Below, one piece after another: positions 10,733 through 23,993 of a stretch of 64,000 bases of DNA (position 1 is its first letter; every line of letters starts with the position of its first letter). The stretch is from an uncultured Gammaproteobacteria bacterium. GTDB lineage: Bacteria; Patescibacteriota; Patescibacteriia; CAZGFX01. Location of the stretch: NCBI GenBank assembly GCA_964524845.1, contig CAZGFX010000003.1:31051-95050 (forward strand), in the 5' to 3' direction. The notes below the pieces were generated by a model, which was not told the origin of the DNA, did no database searches, and saw only the letters and a program-made list of their open reading frames with translations. The position numbers and the translations under genes are program-made.

Positions 10733-13132
10733 TTATCTCTCCTCCTCTTTACGAGTATTGTCATCTTCGTCTTCTTCTTTTGTTGATACAAAAGCATCCT
10801 CTCTCTCATCATTTATCTCATCATAAGGTGAGTCGCCGCGCGCGTCGCCACGGCCTTCAGAAATAACCTCGCTCACATCTTCTGTATTAAACATCGAGTT
10901 AAGTTGATCCATCGAAACAAGCACGTCGCGCGGTTTAGCTCCGCTTCCAGGACCAACGACGCCAGACTCCTCTAGCAAGTCAATAATTCGCGACGCGCGC
11001 GAGTATCCTATTCGAAAACGTCTTTGTAAATATGATGCGGACGCCTTGCCTGTCTTCACGCACAGTTCAGCGGCCTCCTGCAAAAATTCATCTCCTCCTT
11101 CATCAAAACCCATACTGCTTGTTCCATTTCCATATGCAGACGTTTTCTTTTCCGTTACTTCATCATTATATTGCGGATCACCTCCTTGAGATCGAAGCTC
11201 ATCTGTAACGCGTCGTACTTCTTCTTCGCTAATAAAAGCGCCTTGAAGACGCACAGGATTTGGCATGCTCGACGACATGAAAAGCATATCTCCTTTACCA
11301 AGAAGTTTCTCAGCTCCAGACCTGTCGAGAATTGTTCTGGAATCAACCAATGATGCAACAGCAAACGCTATACGACTGGGTACGTTTGCCTTGATAAGGC
11401 CTGTAATAATGTTTACTGACGGCCGCTGTGTAGCGAGAATCAAATGAATTCCGACAGCACGTGCCATTTGTGATAGACGAATTATAGATCCCTCGACTTC
11501 TTTTGCAGCTATCTGCATGATATCCGCAAGCTCATCAATAATAAAAATAATATGTGGAAGAGATTTGTCAGGACGCTTTTCATTATAAGATGAAATATTG
11601 CGCGCGCCTGCATGAGCAAGCACCTTGTACCTATTATCCATCTCCGCGACAGTCCAACGAAGTGCGTTAATCGTCTTGTCAGCATCATTCACAACAGGAC
11701 ACAATAGGTGCGGAATACCATTATAAACAGAAAGCTCTACACGCTTAGGATCAACGAGAACGAGACGAAGCTCGTCAGGAGTGTTTTCATATAATAATGA
11801 AATTATAATATCATTAATACAAACTGATTTTCCTGAATTAGTCGCTCCAGCGATCAATAAGTGAGGCATATCAGCAAGGTTTGTAAGCATTGGTACTCCG
11901 GCAACATCCTTACCGAGCGCCATAAATAAATTTCCTGTACGCGATCGAAACTGTGGCGTATCAATAACATCACGAAGACGAACCATGCTTGCAACAGTAT
12001 TTGGTATCTCTATACCGACAAGTGATCGCCCTGGAATCGGAGCTTCGATACGAACAGATTTTGATGCAAGTGCAAGCGCGAGATCGTTTTGCAATGCACT
12101 TATGCGCGAAAGCTTTATTCCTTCCGCTGGCTTAAATGAAAATCGCGTAACAGTAGGACCAACTTCGGTCGGACCCATGGTCACAGGAATACCGAAGTGC
12201 TGAAGTGTTTTTCTTATCTTTTCAGTATACTCGGCAACATTAATCTGGCTTGTCGCTCCATTATTTTCATCGAGAAGATTGATATCGAGTCGAGTAACTA
12301 TTCCTGTTCGTTTTATTTCTTCTCGTTCAGGAAGATTCTTGTTTATAGGAGAAAAAGAAGAATGGGCGGGCGCGGGAGTGCGCAAAGAGTCGTCTGATTC
12401 ATCATCAATGTCTCTTTCCTTAAAATCAAATGTTTCATCAGAATCATCATTCTCATCATTTAATTCCTCTCCTTGCACATATTTTTGAGCCCTTACCAAC
12501 TCGTTCATCTCTTTCTCTCGACGCGCTTCATCACGAGCAATGGCACGTTCTTCCGATTTACGTTTCCACCACTCAATAATTCCAACATATTCTAGAACTG
12601 AACGCGGAGTAGTATTAAAAAGTATAAGAAGCCCAACAACAAAAAGTGTGGAAACTATCAAAAGTGTTACCCAAAACCCCGCGGCATTCACAACATAATA
12701 TGAAACAATATATCCAAACACTCCCGCGCCCGCCCCATGTTTTGCAAGAGTATATTCAGGAACTCCTGATATAAGATGAGTTATCCCTACAACACCAAGA
12801 AACGAGAACGCTAGTCCGAGATATCTTGTTGGAGACACTCTGTATTCTTCTGGCAATAACATAGCGATACCAGCCCATATAAAAAATATTGGAAATATGA
12901 TTCGAATAGTACCAAGAAGAAACTTCATTCCTGCATCAATGTTTTCTCCAAACACCCCAGCAAGTCCGAAAAAACTCAGAAGCATAATAAACCCAATTAG
13001 AAATATTATGACAATGTTTATGCCATGCCATACTTCCGGTGATATATCAAAAGGAAGATCTGCGGGAGAACGACGTTTTTTCCTATTTTCGTCCTGTACC
13101 TTAACATTTACTTTCTTATTCTTCTTACTCAT
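10733..13132 (-). CDS. ftsK: DNA translocase FtsK
   Basis: N-terminal TMs, HLLIAGATNSGKS, IIDELAD, ATQRPS, gamma domain LQRRFRIGYSRA. Confidence 0.98.
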   Translation of the reverse strand: MSKKNKKVNVKVQDENRKKRRSPADLPFDISPEVWHGINIVIIFLIGFIMLLSFFGLAGVFGENIDAGMKFLLGTIRIIFPIFFIWAGIAMLLPEEYRVSPTRYLGLAFSFLGVVGITHLISGVPEYTLAKHGAGAGVFGYIVSYYVVNAAGFWVTLLIVSTLFVVGLLILFNTTPRSVLEYVGIIEWWKRKSEERAIARDEARREKEMNELVRAQKYVQGEELNDENDDSDETFDFKERDIDDESDDSLRTPAPAHSSFSPINKNLPEREEIKRTGIVTRLDINLLDENNGATSQINVAEYTEKIRKTLQHFGIPVTMGPTEVGPTVTRFSFKPAEGIKLSRISALQNDLALALASKSVRIEAPIPGRSLVGIEIPNTVASMVRLRDVIDTPQFRSRTGNLFMALGKDVAGVPMLTNLADMPHLLIAGATNSGKSVCINDIIISLLYENTPDELRLVLVDPKRVELSVYNGIPHLLCPVVNDADKTINALRWTVAEMDNRYKVLAHAGARNISSYNEKRPDKSLPHIIFIIDELADIMQIAAKEVEGSIIRLSQMARAVGIHLILATQRPSVNIITGLIKANVPSRIAFAVASLVDSRTILDRSGAEKLLGKGDMLFMSSSMPNPVRLQGAFISEEEVRRVTDELRSQGGDPQYNDEVTEKKTSAYGNGTSSMGFDEGGDEFLQEAAELCVKTGKASASYLQRRFRIGYSRASRIIDLLEESGVVGPGSGAKPRDVLVSMDQLNSMFNTEDVSEVISEGRGDARGDSPYDEINDEREDAFVSTKEEDEDDNTRKEEER

Positions 13133-13236
13133 GTGATATAAAAATACGATGGAATTATAGCATATAAAGAAACTTTTCGGATAATTTTAATATTGAAAAA
13201 TAAAAATCCCTCTTTAATAAATAAGAGAGATTCTTA

Positions 13237-13314
13237 TGGTGGGCGATTAGGGATTCGAACCCCAGACCCTCTCGGTGTAAACGAGATGCTCTAACCAGAC
13301 TGAGCTAATCGCCC
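13237..13314 (-). tRNA. tRNA-Val(TAC)
   Basis: cloverleaf, TCTCG-TTTACAC-CGAGA, CCA. Confidence 0.95.
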
Positions 13315-13315
13315 A

Positions 13316-13392
13316 TGGTGGAGAATAAGGGAGTCGAACCCTTGACCTCCTCGGTGCAAACGAGGCGCTCTAGCCAACTGAGCTAATTCCCC
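13316..13392 (-). tRNA. tRNA-Ala(TGC)
   Basis: cloverleaf, CCTCG-TTTGCAC-CGAGG, CCA. Confidence 0.95.
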
Positions 13393-13532
13393 ATGAAAAA
13401 TTTTTATACGAGACTTGTATAAAACAAAAAATACAGGAGAAATATATCAAACACACACAACAAAGTCAATCATATTTTTTGTTTAAAAATGAATATTTTT
13501 GTATACTAAATACAGTTTAAATGTAAAATCAT

Positions 13533-13796
13533 ATGCGTTTTTTTCTTAGTTTGTTGGGAATTGTTGCGGGATTTATGGTTACTTACAAAGCCGATGCTAT
13601 CATGCGCGCATTCGGACGCATTCCATGGGCGGAAGAAAAACTTGGTGTTGAAGGAGGAACAAGGCTTTTTTGGAAACTTATTGGTATCATCATTATTTTG
13701 TTCGCAATCATGTATCTCGTCGGTGCCGAGGCTGGATTTTTCGGAATGTTTGGCAGACTCTTCGGCGGAGCACAAACAATTGAACCGGTGGAATAA
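13533..13796 (+). CDS. small two-TM membrane protein
   Basis: 87 aa ORF, two hydrophobic helices around GRIPWAEEKLG. Confidence 0.7.
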   Translation: MRFFLSLLGIVAGFMVTYKADAIMRAFGRIPWAEEKLGVEGGTRLFWKLIGIIIILFAIMYLVGAEAGFFGMFGRLFGGAQTIEPVE

Positions 13797-14165
13797 TTTT
13801 CACGTCTTATTTCATGAATGAAAAAATCCGTACACTTGTCTATTTTGTTTTATTTGTCAGTAAACAACGAAATAAACGAATAGAAGTGTGGATAACTTCT
13901 TGTTCATCTTTTTGATATAAATGTTCGATTTTCTCTTTTTTAATGTTTAAACAGTTTTATAAAAACCCAATTACTCGCTTAAAAGGCTGTTAAGCGGGTT
14001 TATTTATTTTTGTTTTTAAATTATATTTTTTTCTTGTACCAAAAAATAATTTCTGTGAATTGCTTAACAAAGCAAAAAAGTATTTAAAAAAATACACGAT
14101 GTTCTATACTTACATATGTAAGGATCAAAACAATCCTACATATCTAATTAAATAATATTACTTCT

Positions 14166-14303
14166 ATGGCAAAAGCAAAAAAAGCCACTTCAAAAGCAAG
14201 AGAGGCTCGCAAGGGCGGTTCAAAAGCTCGCCCAAAAAAAGCAAAATCAGCTACACGAAAAGCTGTTAAAGTTCGTTCAAAAGGTCGAAAAGAAAGCAGA
14301 TAA
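14166..14303 (+). CDS. histone H1-like Lys/Arg/Ala-rich microprotein (45 aa; below ORF-track cutoff)
   Basis: hand translation MAKAKKATSKAREARKGGSKARPKKAKSATRKAVKVRSKGRKESR; TATACT -10 at 14105; terminator ~14317-14352. Confidence 0.8.
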   Translation: MAKAKKATSKAREARKGGSKARPKKAKSATRKAVKVRSKGRKESR

Positions 14304-14603
14304 TTTTTTCAAATAAAAAAACAATCCCGAAATTATTTCAGGGTTGTTTTTTTATTAAAAATTTTTCATATATAAAAAATATTTACATGTAATTTTACAA
14401 AATACAAACACCTAAAAATGCTCTTATATAAGCGATTAAATTGCATTTTTAATAAAAAAATATTTTTTTAATCATTTTACAAAAAATTTTGAAAAAACAT
14501 GATATGTGTATAATTATTTATATATTGCACAAATTTATTCACAAATTGCAAAAATAAGCGTATAATTATATCAAGGATGAATAATCCTATTTTAATTACT
14601 TCT

Positions 14604-14720
14604 ATGGCTATGAAGAAAAAAGCAAAGAAAGTAGCAAAGCGAAAACCAGCTGCAAAGAAAAAGACAGCTAAAAAGGCAAAACGCTCTTCTAAGAAAAAGA
14701 CTGCTCGCCGTCGCAAATAA
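14604..14720 (+). CDS. histone H1-like Lys-rich microprotein (38 aa; below ORF-track cutoff)
   Basis: hand translation MAMKKKAKKVAKRKPAAKKKTAKKAKRSSKKKTARRRK; TATAAT at 14561; terminator ~14735-14767. Confidence 0.8.
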   Translation: MAMKKKAKKVAKRKPAAKKKTAKKAKRSSKKKTARRRK

Positions 14721-14888
14721 TACTTTCTTTACGAAAATCCCGTGCCGATCTTTGGTACGGTTTTTTCTTTTCTAAATATATTTTGTACACACAGATATGC
14801 ACTTCTCGCTTAAAAAAATTTTTTAAATGCTTTATAGTATGTTTGAGGATGAATAATCCGCTCTAACTAATTTTCATAAATGAAACAT

Positions 14889-15143
14889 ATGGCAACGAAA
14901 AAGAAAGCTGTTAAAAAATCAGCGGCTAGAAAAGCCATTAAAAGAGTTCGAGCAAAAGGCAAAAAAACCACAAAAAAACGACCCGCGAAAAAAAGTGCCT
15001 CAAAAAAGACAACAAAAAAATGCTCCTGTTGCGGAATGCCGATGTCGCGATGCATAAAAAAAGCTATGAAAAACACAATGTCAGTTGAACCAACTCTTAT
15101 AGCATTTCCTCGAGCAAGTGATACTCCCGATACACAATTTTAA
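14889..15143 (+). CDS. histone H1-like protein with Cys cluster
   Basis: MATKKKAVKKSAARKA...KKCSCCGMPMSRC; terminator 15151-15192. Confidence 0.8.
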   Translation: MATKKKAVKKSAARKAIKRVRAKGKKTTKKRPAKKSASKKTTKKCSCCGMPMSRCIKKAMKNTMSVEPTLIAFPRASDTPDTQF

Positions 15144-15194
15144 AAACACAAAACAACCCCGCCATCGCTAACGCTCGGCGGGGTTGTTTTTTTA

Positions 15195-15540
15195 TGTCAT
15201 GCTGAACCTTTAGTCCTGAGTTCGTCTCAAGATCTGAACTCGTTTCAGCATCTGCCGTGTAACTTTTAACTACATTGTCATGCTGAACTCGTTTCAGCAT
15301 CTGCCGTGTAACTTTTAATAATATGGGTTATAAGTTTTCCTAGAAAACATTGTATCAAGGTAGATCCTGAAGGGAATATACAGATCCTGAAACAAGTTCA
15401 GGATGACATTGTTCAGGATAAAATTGTTCAGCATGACAACATTAATATTCCGCTCTCGTTCCGCTCAGCCGAACTTGTCACATCGAGCGACTATTGTAAT
15501 CTCAAACCAACATTGTCATCTCGAACGAAGTGAGAGATCC
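15195..15540 (+). repeat. cluster of REP-like palindromic repeats (families A and B)
   Basis: TGTCATGCTGAA x2, AGATCCTGAAACAAGTTCAGGATGAC, TGTCACATCGAGC and TGTCATCTCGAAC units. Confidence 0.8.
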
Positions 15541-15589
15541 ACAAACAAAAAACCACCGCTAACGGTGGTTCGTATGTATAGAAGACAAG

Positions 15590-15707
15590 GTATTGGCGAT
15601 TACCTACTCTCCCAGGTCATAAGACCTAGTACCATCGGCCCGCAAGGACTTAACTGCCGGGTTCGGAATGTGACCGGGTGTACCCCCTCTGGAAGTATCA
15701 CCAATAC
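15590..15707 (-). rRNA. rrf: 5S rRNA
   Basis: conserved 5S segments (CATTCCGAAC, GATGGTACT, GGGAGAGTAGG on minus strand); terminal stem extended by flanking inverted repeat. Confidence 0.95.
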
Positions 15708-15811
15708 TCTGTCTTCTATAATTTTTGTGATGAATAAAAATGAAATATCACAAACGCATTTTTCGCACGCATACTGAAAAAGAAAGAATGAATCGTATTA
15801 TATACTCATAT

Positions 15812-18905
<3,094 letters not shown>

Positions 18906-18990
18906 ACATATACGAGTAGATACTTACTCACTTCTTTACTTTTACTAATTTGTATGCGCGCGAAAATTACGTTTGTAATTTTCGCACGTT

Positions 18991-19010
18991 TATTCAACTG
19001 TCAACGAACC
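18991..19010 (-). promoter_or_regulatory. boxA-like motif of 23S leader
   Basis: 17/20 identical to the motif in the 16S leader (26228-26247). Confidence 0.55.
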
Positions 19011-19071
19011 CTTATGTTGAATGACAATCAACTTTTATATATTATTCAAAAAATTCAACAAAAGCTCTCAT

Positions 19072-19100
19072 ATGATAGAGCAAAAAAAGGGCTAGGTCAA
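19072..19100 (-). promoter_or_regulatory. sigma70 promoter for the 23S-5S unit
   Basis: TTGACC-N17-TATCAT. Confidence 0.65.
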
Positions 19101-19470
19101 GTGTATAAACCTCACATGTTGTTCACAGGATACATATTAATAAATAGCTTTGTTGACAGTCTTTTTTTAATTTTTTAATTTTAATCATAATAAAAAACAT
19201 AATAAAAACAAAAAACCCGCTCCATTAAGCGTGTTTTAAACAAATAATCTTTTTACTATTTTTTTTATTATCGGCCCCCCACTGTGCCTTACGGTATATT
19301 ATTCTTGAAAAATTGTCAAGTAGGTGGTGTCAATAACTTGTTTATAACTATTTTTTGTCGTTTTTTCAAGGTTTTTATTGGTTTTTTAGTGTTGACTTTT
19401 TACCGAAAATAAGATATTATTTAATGAAAAAACAAAATAAATTAAAAACAAAAAAATACGGGGGTACGCG

Positions 19471-20097
19471 ATGTACGAAATAATTGTCGTCTGCTCGAGC
19501 GCACTATTCTTTGCATCTGCTATAGATTATGTACGATGCGCATGGACCGAAAAAACAAAACCGGTTCCAGCAACATGGATACTTATGATGACAACTATGA
19601 GCTTGTCGTTCTGGATGTATTGGAATAGCCCGAACAAATCATGGACTGGAAACATTGGAGTTACAGCAGGATTAATGGCAAATTTTATAATTTTCAGTGG
19701 AGTTATTTTAAAGCACATTAAAAACAACACTCTTCATATCATGTTTGATACAGTACAAAAATGTTGTCTAGCCGGAGGATTTAGCACTGTAATTGTTTGG
19801 ATCATCACGAAAGATCCTTTGTTGTCATATGTTCTTGTACAAGGTATTGCTGTTATAGGGTATTTTGCGACAATAAAAAGATTATGGAGGGCACCATCAA
19901 GCACAGAACCGATGTTTTTGTGGATTGCAGTTGTATTTGCAAACTTACTTGCATTATATCCTGCATTCATAAAAGATGATGTATTTTCTTGGATATATCT
20001 TTCTCGTACAATACCATCAAGTATATTCATGGTATATCTCATAAAAAAAATAAATCGTCGTTCCATACAAAATAATTTTTCTTCAGAGTTGTCGTAA
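19471..20097 (+). CDS. membrane protein, PQ-loop/SWEET-like 2x3TM fold
   Basis: two internal repeats (KPVPATW / TEPMFLW); paralog of the next gene. Confidence 0.7.
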   Translation: MYEIIVVCSSALFFASAIDYVRCAWTEKTKPVPATWILMMTTMSLSFWMYWNSPNKSWTGNIGVTAGLMANFIIFSGVILKHIKNNTLHIMFDTVQKCCLAGGFSTVIVWIITKDPLLSYVLVQGIAVIGYFATIKRLWRAPSSTEPMFLWIAVVFANLLALYPAFIKDDVFSWIYLSRTIPSSIFMVYLIKKINRRSIQNNFSSELS

Positions 20098-20179
20098 TAA
20101 AAGATTACGACACCTTTATAAGAAAAATAAACTAAAAACAAAAAAACACTCACCTATTTTTAGGTGAAAAGGAGGATTC

Positions 20180-20776
20180 ATGATTAGTCTCATATCAGGA
20201 ATTATTGTCTGCGCAAGTATAATTCCTTATGTAATCCGCACATATCAGAAAAAAATTGAGCCAAACATCGTATCGTGGTCGATATGGTCGATAATCGGAA
20301 TATCTTTGTTATTAAATTCTATCGCTGCAAAAACATTTGAAAATAATCCGTGGCCACTTGTTTTTAACACGATAAATCCAACTATAATTGCAATCATGGT
20401 CGCGATCAGATGGCATCGCGAACCATTATATCTGTATGAAAAAATATCCGGTATTATTGGAATCATTTCAATTGTGTTGTGGTTCATATTTCAAAACAAT
20501 CCATCACTTGCTGTTTTTTCACTAATACTGGCACTTGTTGCTGATATAGCGGCTGGTATCCCTACTTTTTTGTTTGTTATTAAAAAACCAGATAAAGAAC
20601 GTCCTTTCGTTTGGTTTATATTCGGAGTAGGATATGGTCTTTCTATATTTATACTTGGAAACGATTGGGTTGAATATCTTGTTCCGGGATATATGACACT
20701 TGCCGGAATTGCAATATCAATTCCTCCTATCATCTACAGAATAAAAAACTCAATCCCATTAAAAGAATGGGTTTGA
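20180..20776 (+). CDS. membrane protein, PQ-loop/SWEET-like 2x3TM fold
   Basis: PYV..TY..K.EPNIVSW and IPTF...KKPDKERPFVW repeats; AAGGAGG SD. Confidence 0.7.
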   Translation: MISLISGIIVCASIIPYVIRTYQKKIEPNIVSWSIWSIIGISLLLNSIAAKTFENNPWPLVFNTINPTIIAIMVAIRWHREPLYLYEKISGIIGIISIVLWFIFQNNPSLAVFSLILALVADIAAGIPTFLFVIKKPDKERPFVWFIFGVGYGLSIFILGNDWVEYLVPGYMTLAGIAISIPPIIYRIKNSIPLKEWV

Positions 20777-20838
20777 AAAATTTCACAAAACAAAAAAACA
20801 CCTCGCGAAATAGCTTGGTGTTTTTTAATTAGTATAAA

Positions 20839-21192
20839 TTATTTTTTATTTATTATTTCCGTCATCCATAAAACATTACCTTCGGAATCAATAAATTTAG
20901 TTATTAAGAAACTTTTTTGTTTTTTACATCGTTCTATAATTTTTACATTTTTTGATTCAAGTATTTCTGTTGCTTTTTTTATATTACGAACAGAAAAACC
21001 AATTCCAGCATGACTTTTGTTATTATTGTTTTTTATCTTCATCAAAGCAATATTAATTCCATTTGCACACGTCAGTTCGGACCATACCTTTGTATTATAA
21101 AGCTGTTTTAAGCCTAGTATATCTCTATAAAAAACGAGTGCTTTTTCCATATTGTGTACAGGAATACAGAAATGATTAATATGTTCAAACAT
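20839..21192 (-). CDS. VOC/glyoxalase family protein
   Basis: INHFCIPV...FYRDILGL and FIDSEGN motifs. Confidence 0.85.
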   Translation of the reverse strand: MFEHINHFCIPVHNMEKALVFYRDILGLKQLYNTKVWSELTCANGINIALMKIKNNNNKSHAGIGFSVRNIKKATEILESKNVKIIERCKKQKSFLITKFIDSEGNVLWMTEIINKK

Positions 21193-21259
21193 AATATTTT
21201 TAAATTATTACTTATATCTATATTTTATCATAAACCACAAAAAAACAATTGTTTTCTTC

Positions 21260-21337
21260 TCGTAATTCGTAATTCGTAATTCGTAATTATTATTTCTTCT
21301 CGTAATTCTCTCCTCTCGTAATTCGTAATTCGTAATT
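21260..21337. repeat. TCGTAAT heptamer tandem repeat
   Basis: (TCGTAAT)n interspersed with pyrimidine runs; similar tract at ~10520-10590. Confidence 0.85.
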
Positions 21338-21339
21338 TC

Positions 21340-22113
21340 CTATTTGCTTCCCTTCACCACGACCTTCGTTCCAACATCGGCCCACGCATAGAGTTTTTCT
21401 ATTTCTCCATCTGGAACACGAACACAGCCATTTGTGCGCGGTTCTCCAACAATATTAATACCCAAAACACCGGTTGGCTTGATTGTTCTTCCGTGAATTC
21501 CATATTTTCCATTTGAAAAATCCATCCACCATGGCATCCATACTTTTCCGACTCGCGACCACGCTTTCGTAATCTTGTTGCGAACGGAGAATTCTCCCTT
21601 TGGTGTTTTCTGATCCGGTTTCCCTGTTGATACATAAAAAGAACCAACTTCTATATCACTGAGAAAATAAGTGAGTGTTTGTTTATCTGTATTTATAATA
21701 ATTTGTTTTTCGAGTTTTATTTCACCTTTGATTCGCGGATCGTATCCATTATCAATTTCTGTCTTATCATAATGTCCGTCGCCATCCGTATCCCGATTAA
21801 TCATTGATAATTTGTTTTTGAGTTCCATCGCATCCGAAAGCCCGTCACCATCAAAATCAGTTTCATCAAGACGCTTTCCGGCGCTATGTGGACTGTATCC
21901 ACTGGCAATTTCCACATTATCATCATATCCGTCACAATCCGTGTCTTTCTGATTCGGATTCGTTCCATAAACAGTTAACTCTATTTGATCGGATATCGTA
22001 TCGCCATCAGAATCTATTGAAACAACATCTTCTTGAGCAAAACAAAACACAGGTAATATACACAACAACCCGCATACAAATAAATTTTTAATCAAGAATT
22101 GGACCAACTTCAT
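21340..22113 (-). CDS. L,D-transpeptidase with Ca-binding DxDxDG repeats
   Basis: YkuD motif GIHG...TNGCVR; repeated DTDGDG-type motifs; signal peptide. Confidence 0.85.
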   Translation of the reverse strand: MKLVQFLIKNLFVCGLLCILPVFCFAQEDVVSIDSDGDTISDQIELTVYGTNPNQKDTDCDGYDDNVEIASGYSPHSAGKRLDETDFDGDGLSDAMELKNKLSMINRDTDGDGHYDKTEIDNGYDPRIKGEIKLEKQIIINTDKQTLTYFLSDIEVGSFYVSTGKPDQKTPKGEFSVRNKITKAWSRVGKVWMPWWMDFSNGKYGIHGRTIKPTGVLGINIVGEPRTNGCVRVPDGEIEKLYAWADVGTKVVVKGSK

Positions 22114-23113
22114 ATCGTTCTAATGTTCGAGGAGAAATGTTTTTAATCGGACCGGATTGATATTTTTTAAGCACCTCCGGCGAAGGAATGTATCGTAAAA
22201 CATCTTTTTCTATCATATATATTCGCTTTGTCTCCGTGTTACGAACAAGCATACCGCTTTGTATGGATCGTTCGTTAACGATAGGATTATATCCACTTGC
22301 AATCTCAGCACCATCCGAATATCCATCGTTATCCGTATCTGCAACAAATAAGTTTGTTTTGTGTTTCAGCTCTTCTTTTTTTGTTAAACCATCCTTATCG
22401 CCATCTGTATCTACGGATTTCGAAAGTTTGTTTGTTGTAAACAGCACAACCGGACTTCCTGTCTTTGTCTTTTTCGGATGCACATAATTACGAAGAGAAT
22501 TCATAATCACAGTGTATGAATATACATAATTCTTACCGCGGCGCGTGCCAGGTTCCTGTGTAATAAACTCCTGTTTTGTGTCATCATATCCTGAAATGAC
22601 GAACACATGATAATCCGGTCCTCCGTTTCGAAAGTTTGGGTTTTTGAGATCCTTGCCATGCGCTAGCGCTATAACTGGTCGACCTTCGTCAATTTCTTTT
22701 TTTATATCATCAAGCGTAGGCTTTTCTTTTATAATCGTCTCGAAAGAGAAAAAATTGCTTGCGAGCATATCTATATCTTTTGCATCGGTATCCTCATAAT
22801 ATCCTAGAACATTTTTTTGTATATCAACAATTGAAAGAATATCACGCGCCGCCGTATCCACATCAAGTGCGTTCCCAGTATAAAAATGTTCCACCATGAC
22901 AAGAGTCGCCTCCTCACACGCCTCATGCCATGGGGCTGACCAGTCTCCTTTTGGCGCTTGTACAGTAAAAGGAACCGGTAGGTTTTTCGGCTTGGAAATG
23001 ACTTTTTCTTTTTGTTCAGATGGCTTTGTTGGAATAACTACATTGGTCGCCTTCGTATAGTTTCCATACAAAAAAAACACAGGAAAAACAATAATGAAAA
23101 CAAGATATTTCAT
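22088..23113 (-). CDS. C39-like cysteine peptidase with DxDxDG repeats
   Basis: VPFTVQAP...ACEEA, GRPVI, HVFVISGYD. Confidence 0.8.
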   Translation of the reverse strand: MKYLVFIIVFPVFFLYGNYTKATNVVIPTKPSEQKEKVISKPKNLPVPFTVQAPKGDWSAPWHEACEEATLVMVEHFYTGNALDVDTAARDILSIVDIQKNVLGYYEDTDAKDIDMLASNFFSFETIIKEKPTLDDIKKEIDEGRPVIALAHGKDLKNPNFRNGGPDYHVFVISGYDDTKQEFITQEPGTRRGKNYVYSYTVIMNSLRNYVHPKKTKTGSPVVLFTTNKLSKSVDTDGDKDGLTKKEELKHKTNLFVADTDNDGYSDGAEIASGYNPIVNERSIQSGMLVRNTETKRIYMIEKDVLRYIPSPEVLKKYQSGPIKNISPRTLERYEVGPILD

Positions 23114-23191
23114 ACACTAAGTATATCAAAACATTAGAAAACAAAAAAGGAACACACAACACAATGTATTCCTTAAAATATTGTTTTGTAA

Positions 23192-23734
23192 TTATTGTAT
23201 CTGAAGAGTTTCTAACATCTTCATATGCGCATCATCAGATGCATCGAAATAAATTTCGTAATTATAATTTGATCCAATAACCAAATAAATATCAAGTTTG
23301 TTCTCCGTTCCTCCTGCAGTACCCAAAAACTGATATGCGACATGTCCTGCTATTGTTGTTTTCTTCTCGCTCAAAATTTTGGAAATAACAGATCCATCTT
23401 CCTGTTTTCCTTGAGATTCATAATATTTTTTGTAATCATCGAGTTTCATATGGTGCGCATATATCATAAGCGGTCTATGCTGTCCCTCAAATCCTTCAAA
23501 AAAGAAAAATATACGGTCTTTTCCATTGCTTTCTGAAACTCGTGAACCACACTTGTTAATTGAAAACTTAAAATCAGCGCTCGTATACAACTGATCACTC
23601 GTGCATGAAACTTTTTTCAAACTCTCATCAATAGGTTTTGGATCGGTGTTCGTATCAACTGGTTTATCCGTATTAAAAAGAGAGCACGACGCAAGAAACA
23701 CGGAAAGAAACGAGAATAAAAATATTTTTTTCAT
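23192..23734 (-). CDS. lipoprotein (PsbP-like fold possible)
   Basis: MKK start with lipobox LASC. Confidence 0.7.
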   Translation of the reverse strand: MKKIFLFSFLSVFLASCSLFNTDKPVDTNTDPKPIDESLKKVSCTSDQLYTSADFKFSINKCGSRVSESNGKDRIFFFFEGFEGQHRPLMIYAHHMKLDDYKKYYESQGKQEDGSVISKILSEKKTTIAGHVAYQFLGTAGGTENKLDIYLVIGSNYNYEIYFDASDDAHMKMLETLQIQ

Positions 23735-23916
23735 ATGATTATAATGATAATACGAAAAAAACACCTTTTTTGCAAATAAAAAACAACTCTTAAAAACTGA
23801 GTTGTGTTTACATAACAAAATGAAAAACAAAAGATAGTCTGCCATCCGTAGCGCGAAGAGTGAATTGGTGGATTTCAGTGGCCCCGCCACGAGTGAGAAG
23901 CGAAGCGACGAACGAG

Positions 23917-23993
23917 TGGTGGGCGTACCAAGAATCGAACTTGGGACCTCAACATTATCAGTGTTGCGCTCTAACCAGCTGAGCTATACGCCC
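23917..23993 (-). tRNA. tRNA-Ile(GAT)
   Basis: cloverleaf, CAACA-CTGATAA-TGTTG, CCA. Confidence 0.95.

Noticed and set aside
14477-15076. Minus-strand Phe-rich ORFs (14477-14716, 14867-15076) and the 31071-31574 + ORF
   Set aside because: Antisense mirrors of Lys/Glu-rich real genes.
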